From Candidatus Pelearchaeum maunauluense (lineage in GTDB: Archaea > Thermoproteota > Nitrososphaeria_A > Caldarchaeales > Caldarchaeaceae), in the NCBI GenBank assembly GCA_030059675.1, contig JANVYQ010000006.1, forward strand, positions 1-64,000: a DNA stretch of 64,000 nt, written 5' to 3'. Every line of letters starts with the position of its first letter. Within the stretch, counting starts at the first letter, position 1. Shown piece after piece: positions 41,186 to 50,335 of this stretch. A program made the position numbers and the translations under genes. The notes below the pieces were generated by a model, which was not told the DNA's origin, did no database searches, and saw only the letters and a list, made by a program, of their open reading frames with translations.

Positions 41186-42585
41186 ATGAGAGAAGGGGGA
41201 AGGCGGGAATTTCTAAAAACGGCAGCATCGAGTGTAGGGGGTTGGCAATCGGGGGATTAATAGGATATATCTTAGGAGGCATTAAAGAGAGGACTGAAAC
41301 AGCGACACAGGTAACAGAAGTAACGAAGACAGTGGTTGGCGAATCTCCACGCCCTAGTCCAACATTGCCAGTCAAGATAGGGAGTCAAGCTTTCTTTTCG
41401 GGCCCCGTAGCTGTTGCCTCAAAACCTCAGTCAAATGGGCTTAGACTAGCCGTGAAGGAGATAAATGAACAAGGTGGTTTATTGGGACGAGAAGTAGAGC
41501 TAGTTGAACGGGAGGAAGGAAGACCCGATGCAACGCTAAGAGAGTTTAAACGACTCGTCATTGAGGAGAAGATAGACTATTTCATCGGGTTAATATCCAG
41601 CGCTAACACCCCTGCTGTAGGCCCAGAAGCCGAGGAACTAGGAGTAATAACAATATTCGTGGATGGCTGTACAGATAAGCTATGGGAAGAGGCGGTTCCT
41701 AATCCACATTATGTATTTAGAACAAACAACACAGAGCATGTAGGACAGGTAGCAGCAGCAGCTGCAGCCACCGTGAACCTATACATAGACTCTGGCTTGG
41801 TTCCTAAGAACCCTCGGATAATAGGCATCCACCCAGATTACGCCTATGGTAGAAATTCACATATCATCTTCAGCAAAGCCATTAGCAAAATGGTACCAGA
41901 TGCAGAGATTCTCGAGCCTATTTTTACCGAGTTCTTAAAGACTAGTGACTTCACGCCACATATAACTTCTATTTTGCAAAAGGAACCGGATATAGTGGTC
42001 ACCTCTCTATGGGGGTCAGATTACATCAACTTTTACAAGCAAGGGCTGCCACAAGGGTTGTTTAACAAAACACGAATTGTGGCAACTGCTTCGTATATAA
42101 TTCCTCCACATCTAATAGGATTGGACCATCCAGCCGGTCATATAATGGGTGTTGATGGAAACTACTACTTTGAATATCCACCTTTCAACATCTGGCCCCT
42201 CAACCAACGTTTCGTTGAAGCGTACTATAAAATGTGGGGAGAGTACCCGACATATATGGCTGAAGGGGCTAGGAATGGAGCCTACTGGCTTAAAAACAGG
42301 CCTGGAGAGAGCTGGAAAAATTGCTAATGGATGGCCTGACGAAGAAGAGGTCATCTCCTTCTTAGAGACAGCTGTTATGCCAGTTCCAGCAGGTATGTTT
42401 TACGTCAGATGCCACCAAGGGCACAAGAACCCAATACTGGGAGTTACTAGTGAGAAAAATAATTACAACTTCAGGTCCTTGGAAAAATAATACACATCCC
42501 TATAGAAAAAGTGGAGAAAGCACCAGAATATAAGACAGCCATTGACTGGATAGACAAATGGCCAGAAAAGTACAGACCATTATAG
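41186..42585 (+). pseudogene. Tat-signal LIV-family substrate-binding protein with three frameshifts (paralogue of 3750-5174)
   Basis: MREGGRREFLK at 41186; frameshifts in the G-run near 41240 and A-runs near 42293 and 42485; reconstructed C-terminus APEYKTAIDWIDKWP matches the paralogue. Confidence 0.82.
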
Positions 42586-42692
42586 AAAATTCTCCTACAT
42601 ATTCAACTATTTTTAGTTATACTCAGATCAAAATTGTAAATCCTTGCTGCAGAAGAGCCTCTTCAGATACAGTTTCCTGTTACTAATCATCT

Positions 42693-42809
42693 TCAATCCC
42701 TTGAAAATAATGTTAGAGATTTTGTGATACCCTTAACCTCGTTACTCACAGGCTCACCATTGTATTCCTTAACATCCAGCCGTGTCCGTATAGCTTCTAT
42801 CACATCCAT
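42693..42809 (-). pseudogene. N-terminal remnant of a nitroreductase-family gene
   Basis: Manual translation MDVIEAIRTRLDVKEYNGEPVSNEVK...* resembles the nitroreductase N-terminal motif, then stops. Confidence 0.5.
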
Positions 42810-42841
42810 ATCCAGGGTCTTAATAGGGTTCAAATGCAAAT

Positions 42842-44203
42842 TTAAAGACTATCTATGGTGCTGAAAGATAGTATGCGCTTAACTGCTCTGAACGCCTCTT
42901 CAGCGGCTGTTAATGTCTGTTCCACATCTTCAAGGCTGTGGGCTGTGGATATTACTATGCGCTCACCCCACTGCGAGTGTATATGAATCCCACGCGCAAA
43001 GAGCTGCCTATACCACTCACGGTATGCTGCCGTATTGATAGTGAAGGAATCCCGATAGTTTGTTATGGCTTCTAGCTCTGTGAAGAAGACCTGGAATATA
43101 GGCCCTAGGCCCTGAACTATCGCCTTCACGCGGGTGTCGGCTATTATCTCCTGAAGTCCCCTGACAAGCTTTCCACCAACCTCATGGAGTCTCCTGAATG
43201 CGGCGCCATCATTTTCCAAGAGCAGGTCTAGATTAACGGAGGCTGCTGCCAGGCTTATGGGATGGGCATTGTAAGTGCCGCCAAACCCTACTCTGCCAGG
43301 CCCAACATAGTCCAGTATGTCTTTCAGGCCGGTTACGGCAGCTATTGGAACTCCGCCTCCCAGGGCTTTGGCGAAGGTTGCGAGATGCGGCTTGACTCCA
43401 AAATATTCTTGAGCTCCTCCAGCAGCTATTCTGAACCCTGTCAAGACTTCATCAAAGATTAGCAAAGCATCAACCTCCTCAGCTATCTCCTTCAGCTCCT
43501 TAAGATACCCAGGCTTGGGCATTATAACGCCAGCGTTAGCCATTATAGGCTCGGTAATGATAGCTGCTATACTATTCCTATGACGTCTTACAATTTTACG
43601 TAACGTATGCGCATCGTTCCACGGAGCTATGATAACAGTCTTTCCAACGGCCTCTGGTATACCTGGATAGTATGGTATTCTGAAAGGAGCTATTTCCAGG
43701 CCAGGTATGGGCGACTCAACACTCCAGAGTACATAATCATGATGCCCGTGATATGCTCCTTCAAACTTTACTATCTTCGTCTTGCCAGTTACAGCGCGCG
43801 CTATTCTTATTGCCTCCATGGTTGCTTCAGTACCCGTAGTGGCGAAGAGGACTCGCTCAGCGTTGGGAACAACGCTTTGAATCTTTTTGGCGACCTCTAT
43901 CTCTAGCTCATGGGGCGTGCCGCTCATCGTCAAAGTCTCAGCTTGTCGTTTTATTGCTTCCACAATAGCTGGATGACAGTGACCATTAATGAGCGCGCCA
44001 TACGCCAGGAGGTAGTCTATGTATTCGTTTCCGTCAGCGTCCCATATGCGCGAACCTTTGGCGCGTGAGATGAAAATCGGATTGAGGGTAGCTACGCGAA
44101 TCGTGGAAGAAGCGCCAGCAGGTATAATCTTCCGCGCCTCTTCCAACAGTCTACGCGAGTAAGCGAGTTTAACCGCCTCCTCGCGGATAAGCCTACTTTC
44201 CAA
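42842..44203 (-). CDS. Class III aminotransferase, glutamate-1-semialdehyde aminomutase-like
   Basis: TGTEATM.AIRIARA.TG, KFEGAYHG, FDEVLTGFR, FAKALGGG, GGTYNAHP. Confidence 0.88.
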   Translation of the reverse strand: MESRLIREEAVKLAYSRRLLEEARKIIPAGASSTIRVATLNPIFISRAKGSRIWDADGNEYIDYLLAYGALINGHCHPAIVEAIKRQAETLTMSGTPHELEIEVAKKIQSVVPNAERVLFATTGTEATMEAIRIARAVTGKTKIVKFEGAYHGHHDYVLWSVESPIPGLEIAPFRIPYYPGIPEAVGKTVIIAPWNDAHTLRKIVRRHRNSIAAIITEPIMANAGVIMPKPGYLKELKEIAEEVDALLIFDEVLTGFRIAAGGAQEYFGVKPHLATFAKALGGGVPIAAVTGLKDILDYVGPGRVGFGGTYNAHPISLAAASVNLDLLLENDGAAFRRLHEVGGKLVRGLQEIIADTRVKAIVQGLGPIFQVFFTELEAITNYRDSFTINTAAYREWYRQLFARGIHIHSQWGERIVISTAHSLEDVEQTLTAAEEAFRAVKRILSFSTIDSL

Positions 44204-44529
44204 AATTGCATCACCTCTATAGCTAGTTTGGCCACTTCCAGGCTGACGTATTTTTCTGACATTTTTATCCTTTTTCTACCAAAATATGTCGCAGTTCTCC
44301 TCTATAAACGGCTCTTAAAGCTGGCAGAACCGTTATAACGGCCAGCTTGGCTGCCTGCCTCAAAGCCTAGGGCAACGGGCTCTCTAGGCCTTCACGGCGA
44401 GACCTAAAGGCTCAAAACCATAAAACGGGTAGAAATAGGTGAAAAGAAGCGTAAATACGGCTTAACACGCTCTAAAACTCCTTTTTCTGGCTTTTTCAGA
44501 TTTAGCCATTCTCCTCACGGCCATGAACA

Positions 44530-45864
44530 CTAGCGGCGGGCTGCTTCATCAGCTATCTCTAACGCCTTGTCAAGAACATCAACACCCAAGTCTATGTCCT
44601 CCTTCTCAATAGTTAGGGGAGGTGCTATGATGAGGTGATTAACCCAGGCCATTACATACACGCCGTTCTTCATCATCTCAGAAGCAACTTTATCCACAAT
44701 CAAGGGCTTTCCTTCATGCTTATCCGCCATAACGTTAAACGGCTCGCGCGTCTCTTTATTCCGAGTTAAATCAACAGCCCAGAAAAGACCAAGGCCACGT
44801 ACCTCACCCACCGAATCATGCCTATCCACAAGCTCCCCAAGACGCTTACCCAGATAACCGCCCATTATGCGCGAGCGCTCAATTAGGTTAAGACGCTTAT
44901 ACTCGTTTATCGCGGCGACGGCAGCGGCTAGAGCTAGTGGGTGAGCCTCGTAAGTATGGCCATGGGCAAAGAAATTATCATCAAAAAACGCTGTGACCCT
45001 CTCACTCGTGCCTGTAACGCCTAACGGCATGTAAGAGCCAGTTATCCCCTTAGCTGTGGTTATGATGTCAGGGACAACATTCCAGTGATTTACGGCGAAC
45101 CATTCTCCCGTTCTCCCCCAGCCACTCATAACCTCGTCAGCAATTAAGAGAACATCATACCTCTCTGTAATCTTTCTGAGTTTGGGTAGATACTCTGGCG
45201 GAGGGACTATTACCCCATTCGTGCCTACTACGGGCTCAATAATTACCGCGCCGACATCGGGCTCGTTGCTAAGCATGTATTCAACATAATCTGCGCATGC
45301 TATTCCGCATTCTGGGTATCTGAGACCCAGGGGACAGCGGTAACAATACGCATCGGGGGCGAAAAGTGTTCCAGGAACTGTGGCTAGGGAATCAACATAC
45401 CAGCGGCGGTGGTCTCCTGTAACAGAGATTGACGCGGCCGTTGAGCCGTGATAAGACCTATACCTAGATATGACCTTATGTCGCCGTGTATAGAGGCGCG
45501 CTATCTTTAAAGCCGCTTCGTTAGCTTCTGTTCCCGATGTAGAGTAGAAGAACTTGTTAATTCCTGGCGGCATAAGCTCTGTGAGCATCTTACTCACTTC
45601 TGCACGGACATCACACGCAAAGGCTGGCGATATGTAGGGAAGCTTTCCCACATAGTCGCGAATTGCCTCTATAACTGCGCGGTTCTTATGGCCTAGATTG
45701 CTACATACAAGCTGGGATGAGAAGTCTAGGTATCTCTTCCCTCGCGAGTCGTAGAAATAGCAGCCCTCCGCGTCAACCACATGAAGAGGACTCCATCCCC
45801 TCTGCTTCTTCCAAGTTCCGTAAGAATGCTTAGCAGTATAGGCTGATACGTCATCCTGAATAAT
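44530..45864 (-). CDS. Class III aminotransferase (omega-amino acid/taurine:pyruvate type)
   Basis: LDFSSQL, SYHGST, DEVMSGWGRTG, TAKG, HGHTYEAHP; frame open upstream of GTG 45780 to 45870. Confidence 0.88.
   Translation of the reverse strand: MIQDDVSAYTAKHSYGTWKKQRGWSPLHVVDAEGCYFYDSRGKRYLDFSSQLVCSNLGHKNRAVIEAIRDYVGKLPYISPAFACDVRAEVSKMLTELMPPGINKFFYSTSGTEANEAALKIARLYTRRHKVISRYRSYHGSTAASISVTGDHRRWYVDSLATVPGTLFAPDAYCYRCPLGLRYPECGIACADYVEYMLSNEPDVGAVIIEPVVGTNGVIVPPPEYLPKLRKITERYDVLLIADEVMSGWGRTGEWFAVNHWNVVPDIITTAKGITGSYMPLGVTGTSERVTAFFDDNFFAHGHTYEAHPLALAAAVAAINEYKRLNLIERSRIMGGYLGKRLGELVDRHDSVGEVRGLGLFWAVDLTRNKETREPFNVMADKHEGKPLIVDKVASEMMKNGVYVMAWVNHLIIAPPLTIEKEDIDLGVDVLDKALEIADEAARR
45289..45345 (-). 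repeat. 57-bp exact inverted repeat, copy 1 (inside an aminotransferase gene)
   Basis: Reverse complement is identical to 48868-48924. Confidence 0.95.
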
Positions 45865-46010
45865 AGCGCTTCACCCTCTACGTCATTCTATCAAAGAGGA
45901 GATATATGCGTTAAGTCGCTCCAAACTCCTTAGTTAAGCCCTCTAGACGGCCTAGGTCTATAAATACCTCCTAATGACGCTCCAAAAGTATAGGTGGTGA
46001 GTATAGGCGT

Positions 46011-48302
46011 ATGATGAGTGAGCGTTTCGTTGGGAAACCTGTGCGAAGGAAGGAAGACAAGAGACTTATTACGGGTAAATCCACGTATTTAGACGACCTT
46101 AAGCTTCCAGGAATGCTCTATGCAGCAATACTGAGAAGCCCCTACGCCCATGCGCGTATAAAGAGTATAGACACGTCAAAGGCCATGATACCTGGCGTGG
46201 TGGCTATCTATACTGGTAAAGAGCTTAACAGGCTATGCGACCCGCTGGTTGTTGAGTCCCAATATAAGAATTCCAAGGTACCAGACCGTTACCCGCTTGC
46301 TGAAGATGAAGTTAATTTCGTTGGTGAGCCTGTAGCTATAGTCGTAGCAGAGGATAGGTACATAGCTCGTGATGCTGTGGAGAATATTCACGTGGAGTAC
46401 GAGCCTCTGCCTTATGTTCTTGACCCTGAGAAGGCCCTTGAGAGTGATGCTCCGCGTGTTCATGAACAATTTAGTGATAATGTTTGTTTAAGTTGGAAGA
46501 AGACATACGGCGATGTGGAGCAGGCGTTTAGGGAGGCAGACGAGATTGTTAAAGTTAAGCTCAGGATACAGAGGTTGGCTCCCGCCGCCATGGAGCCGCG
46601 TGGTGTAGCTGCAAGCTACGACTCAGGCGCAAAGCTCTTAACTGTATGGTCGTCAACGCAGTTTCCGCATAAACTAAGGACTTGGATTGCCACCTCACTA
46701 AGGATGCCTGAGAACCGGATAAGGGTTATAGCTCCTGAGGTAGGGGGAGGCTTCGGCTCAAAGCTCAACCAATATCCAGAGGAGGTAGCCATACCATTAA
46801 TATCCATGCTCCTCAGAAGACCAGTAAAATGGTCAGAGGAGCGTAGTGAGAACCTACGAGCAACAACGCATGGTAGGGGTGTGATAGCATATGTTGAGGC
46901 AGCCGTTAAGCGTGATGGAAAAGTTCTCGGCCTAAAAGCGAGGCTAATAGCGGACTTCGGCGCATACAACTACGTCTATACCCAAGATAACGTAATGCTT
47001 TCTGCGCGCATGCTTCCAGGCTGCTATGCTATAAGGAATCTAGAGCTTGATGTGGTGGGTGTATTCACCAACAAGATGGCAACCGACGCCTACCGCGGTG
47101 CTGGGAGGCCTGAAGCCTCATACATAATTGAGAGAGTAATGGATAGGGTTGCGCGCAGGCTTGGTATAGACCCTGCTGAGATAAGGCGGAGGAACTTTAT
47201 CAGGGTTGAGGAGTTTCCATACACTACCGCGACCCAATTTACCTATGATACGGGAAACTATGAGGCAGCTCTCAATAAGGCTCTGGAGATAGCTGAATAC
47301 CATAAGCTCCGTGAGGAGCAGGAGCGGCTTAGGCGCGAAGGACGTTATCTCGGTATAGGCATATCATCATACATAGAGGTATGCAACTTTGCTTATCAGA
47401 GTGCGCAGGTCAGGATAGAACCGACTGGCAAGGTTCTAATCTTCACGAGCACCTCCCCACACGGCCAGGGTGAGGAGACATCATTCGCACAACTTGCTGC
47501 TGATGTTCTAGGAATAAGCATAGATGACGTAGAGGTAATACATGGCGATACCATGGCAATACCATACGGCTGGGGCACCGCTGGAAGCTGGACACTAACA
47601 TCTGGAGGAAACGCGATAGTGAGCGCCTGCAAGAAGATACGCGAGAAGATGCTCAAGATAGCTGCCCGCATGCTTGAAGCTAGGGCTGAAGACCTAGAGA
47701 TGGCCGATGGCAAGATATTCGTGAAAGACAGCCCAGATAAATCCGTAAGCTTCAGCGAGGTTGTTAGCATGGCATACGACCCAGATAACCTCCCACCTGA
47801 GATGGAGCTTGGTTTGGCAGAGACCAGCTTCTACAGGCCTGACCTCACATTCCCATTCGGTACCCATGTGGCGGTTGTAGAGGTCAATCCCGATACTGGA
47901 GTCGTTGAGGTGAAGAAGCTGGTTATGGTTGATGACTGTGGCCGCGTGGTCAACCCACTGCTGGTTGAGGGCCAGATTCATGGCGGCGCTATACAGGCTC
48001 TCGGCCAGGCTCTCTATGAGGAAGTAGTCTATAGCGAGGACGGCGCACTGATAACTGCTACATTCTCCGACTACCTTATACCATCAGCTATGGAGGCGCC
48101 GCGAATGATAACGGACAGAACCGAAACACCTGCGCCCAACCCGCTTGGAACAAAGGGCGTAGGCGAGGCCGCTACCGTTGGCCTAACGCAGGCTATAGTT
48201 AACGCCGTTGAAGACGCTCTAGCACCGTTTGGCGTTGAGATAGAAGACACTCCACTAAAACCATCGTATATCTGGGAACTGGTACATCGTAGAAAACAAT
48301 AA
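46011..48302 (+). CDS. Xanthine dehydrogenase-family Mo large subunit (CutL/form II CoxL-like; aldehyde oxidoreductase candidate)
   Basis: GGGFGSK, AYRGAGRPEA, GQIHGG, KGVGEA. Confidence 0.9.
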   Translation: MMSERFVGKPVRRKEDKRLITGKSTYLDDLKLPGMLYAAILRSPYAHARIKSIDTSKAMIPGVVAIYTGKELNRLCDPLVVESQYKNSKVPDRYPLAEDEVNFVGEPVAIVVAEDRYIARDAVENIHVEYEPLPYVLDPEKALESDAPRVHEQFSDNVCLSWKKTYGDVEQAFREADEIVKVKLRIQRLAPAAMEPRGVAASYDSGAKLLTVWSSTQFPHKLRTWIATSLRMPENRIRVIAPEVGGGFGSKLNQYPEEVAIPLISMLLRRPVKWSEERSENLRATTHGRGVIAYVEAAVKRDGKVLGLKARLIADFGAYNYVYTQDNVMLSARMLPGCYAIRNLELDVVGVFTNKMATDAYRGAGRPEASYIIERVMDRVARRLGIDPAEIRRRNFIRVEEFPYTTATQFTYDTGNYEAALNKALEIAEYHKLREEQERLRREGRYLGIGISSYIEVCNFAYQSAQVRIEPTGKVLIFTSTSPHGQGEETSFAQLAADVLGISIDDVEVIHGDTMAIPYGWGTAGSWTLTSGGNAIVSACKKIREKMLKIAARMLEARAEDLEMADGKIFVKDSPDKSVSFSEVVSMAYDPDNLPPEMELGLAETSFYRPDLTFPFGTHVAVVEVNPDTGVVEVKKLVMVDDCGRVVNPLLVEGQIHGGAIQALGQALYEEVVYSEDGALITATFSDYLIPSAMEAPRMITDRTETPAPNPLGTKGVGEAATVGLTQAIVNAVEDALAPFGVEIEDTPLKPSYIWELVHRRKQ

Positions 48303-48318
48303 TAAACATGCAACCTCT

Positions 48319-49647
48319 ATGGTGAAGGCTCTAATGGGGAGGTCGGCCAGCGAGATAATAGAGAGGGACTCGCGTCTCTTTATGCGCTGCTACCCGGCCC
48401 GTACAAAACTCGTAATAGCACGTGGCCGTGGAGCTGAAGTATGGGATGTTGAGGGAAAGAGATACTTAGACCTCTTCTCAGGTATTGCGGTGAATAACGT
48501 AGGCCACTGCCATCCGCGCGTTGTTGAAGCTATACGAAGGCAGTCTGAGGAACTTATACATACGTCCATGCTCTATTATAACGAGACTGTGCTAAAGCTT
48601 GCCGAGAAGCTGGCTGGAATCGTGCCCAGCGGTCTCTCCCGTTTCTTCTTCGCCAATAGCGGGGCTGAGGCTGTTGAAGGGGCTGTGAAGCTGGCCAAGA
48701 AGTATGCGGCAAAACGCGGTATGGGGGGAGCGCAGGTAATAGCTCTTGACTGCTCCTTTCATGGACGGACATCACTAGCGCTAACCCTGACAGGCCAGAA
48801 AAAGTATAAACAAGGCCTGGGGAATTTCGCCAACTCTCCAGGCGTTGTGCACGCGCCCTCACCATACTGTTACCGCTGTCCCCTGGGTCTCAGATACCCA
48901 GAATGCGGAATAGCATGCGCAGATGCCCTAGAGAGGGTTTTTGAGTTTAGAACCTCTGGAGAGGTTGCCGCCGTTATTGTTGAGCCTGTACAAGGGGAGG
49001 GTGGAATAATAGTCCCGCCTGACGAGTATCTACCGCGTGTGCAGAGCATATGCCGCGAGCATGGCGCTGCGTTTATCGTGGATGAAGTCCAGACAGGGCT
49101 TGGGAGAACTGGCAAGATATTCGCGGCAGAACACTGGGGACTTGAGCCTGACATAATGACCATGGCTAAGGCGCTTGGGGGAGGGCTCCCAATAGGAGCT
49201 ATAGCTGCGCGCGAAGAGGTAGCTAATGCTTTCGAGGCTGGAGACCACTTCTCAACATTCGGCGGCAACCCAGTATCATGCGCCGCTGCTATAGCTGCCA
49301 TAGATGTCCTCATTGATGAGAAGCTGCATGAGAGGGCTGAGAAGCTGGGAAATCTTCTGCTCAAAATGTTTAGAAATGCTCAGGATGAGGCCGAGCTCAT
49401 AGGCGATGTGAGAGGGAAGGGGCTTATGATAGGTATTGAGCTGGTTAAGGATAGGGAGGGTAAGCAACCAGCGTCTGACGAAGCAAGCAAAACCAGCGAG
49501 GAAGCGCTGAAGAAAGGCATCATAATAGGCGTGGGAGGAGTGAAAAAGAATGTCATAAGAATACAACCACCACTGGTCATAACTGAGGAACAGGCACAGA
49601 AAGCAGCGGAGGAAATCATCGCAATAATCAAACAGATTAAGAAATGA
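48319..49647 (+). CDS. Class III aminotransferase (GabT/ArgD-like)
   Basis: NSGAEAVE, SFHGRT, EPVQGEGG, DEVQTGLGRTG, AKALGGG, STFGGNP. Confidence 0.9.
   Translation: MVKALMGRSASEIIERDSRLFMRCYPARTKLVIARGRGAEVWDVEGKRYLDLFSGIAVNNVGHCHPRVVEAIRRQSEELIHTSMLYYNETVLKLAEKLAGIVPSGLSRFFFANSGAEAVEGAVKLAKKYAAKRGMGGAQVIALDCSFHGRTSLALTLTGQKKYKQGLGNFANSPGVVHAPSPYCYRCPLGLRYPECGIACADALERVFEFRTSGEVAAVIVEPVQGEGGIIVPPDEYLPRVQSICREHGAAFIVDEVQTGLGRTGKIFAAEHWGLEPDIMTMAKALGGGLPIGAIAAREEVANAFEAGDHFSTFGGNPVSCAAAIAAIDVLIDEKLHERAEKLGNLLLKMFRNAQDEAELIGDVRGKGLMIGIELVKDREGKQPASDEASKTSEEALKKGIIIGVGGVKKNVIRIQPPLVITEEQAQKAAEEIIAIIKQIKK
48868..48924 (+). repeat. 57-bp exact inverted repeat, copy 2
   Basis: tgttaccgctgtcccctgggtctcagatacccagaatgcggaatagcatgcgcagat. 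Confidence 0.95.
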
Positions 49648-49702
49648 ACAGCCTGTTCTATTATCTAGAAATAAATACATCCAGCAGGCTCTTATTTTTG
49701 AG

Positions 49703-50149
49703 ATGAAAGAGGGTTATGCATCTATTCTAGCTGCATCACTGGTGTCTGTGGCTGTTATTGCTGTGGGTTTTCTCGTACTGAGCTGGCAGCAGTGCCAATA
49801 CACTACCACGCTTGTAGAAGACGCTGCCCTTAGACGTGATGGTGTTGTGCTAATAAGTAGCGTAGGAAAATGCGGAAGCCTGGAAAAGCCTACAATAACG
49901 TATAAAAGGGCTGGAGAATACCTAATCCTAACATACAGCGAGCCAGCTAACAATATCTGCTACCGCCACATCATAGAGAGTGTCAAAACCCAGGAAGGAG
50001 ATACGCCGCTAATTAGGATAGAGCTACGCCTAGTAGAGACGAGCGAGGCCTGTGTTATGTGCGTAGGCTACATAACAACAACACTCACTATAGGCCCGCT
50101 GCCCGAAGGGGCGCGGGTGTATGTTAATGGCTTATTGGCCGCTGCGTAA
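49703..50149 (+). CDS. Hypothetical membrane-anchored protein
   Basis: N-terminal TM helix, beta-rich Cys-containing ectodomain; fills the intergenic gap. Confidence 0.65.
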   Translation: MKEGYASILAASLVSVAVIAVGFLVLSWQQCQYTTTLVEDAALRRDGVVLISSVGKCGSLEKPTITYKRAGEYLILTYSEPANNICYRHIIESVKTQEGDTPLIRIELRLVETSEACVMCVGYITTTLTIGPLPEGARVYVNGLLAAA

Positions 50150-50163
50150 AAGGCTTATATAGA
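50147..50163 (+). promoter_or_regulatory. Putative BRE/TATA promoter of the leader-ask-asd-aro operon
   Basis: AAAAGGC followed by TTATATAG (50155-50162), about 30 nt ahead of the leader RBS. Confidence 0.6.
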
Positions 50164-50201
50164 AAAAGGGAAATCAAACAAAACACGACCAGGAGGTGCG
50201 C

Positions 50202-50276
50202 GTGGTGAGGGCAGTAGGACTAACCTGTACAGGCTTTAGCGCCTTCACCACGTTTAGCTATTATTATCGCTGGTAA
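50202..50276 (+). CDS. Putative aromatic-amino-acid leader peptide (M[V]RAVGLTCTGFSAFTTFSYYYRW)
   Basis: RBS AGGAGGTG at 50191-50198, GTG starts at 50202/50205, TAA at 50274-50276; 7 of the last 13 residues are F/Y/W. Confidence 0.8.
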   Translation: MVRAVGLTCTGFSAFTTFSYYYRW

Positions 50277-50334
50277 GCCGCCTCCGGTTTCGGTTCTTGT
50301 TTGTTCCTTTTTCTCCGTTTCTGGGGGGTGGTTT
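50275..50334 (+). promoter_or_regulatory. Putative attenuator: anti-RBS stem enclosing a U/C-rich tract
   Basis: AAGCCGCCTCC (50275-50285) can pair with GGGGGTGGTTT (50324-50334, the RBS of ask); U-rich 50288-50322 in between. Confidence 0.6.
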
Positions 50335-50335
50335 T

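Noticed and set aside
42842-44203. Assigning hemL
   Set aside because: GSA-aminomutase-like family is clear, but no tetrapyrrole genes are nearby and such paralogues are common
46011-48302. Calling the Mo subunit a true CO dehydrogenase
   Set aside because: Lacks the form I AYxCSFR motif; no coxM/S or accessory genes adjacent
50297-50335. N-terminal extension of aspartate kinase from the ORF track (TTG 50297)
   Set aside because: Lies in the U-rich regulatory tract; the kinase motif and RBS support ATG 50336
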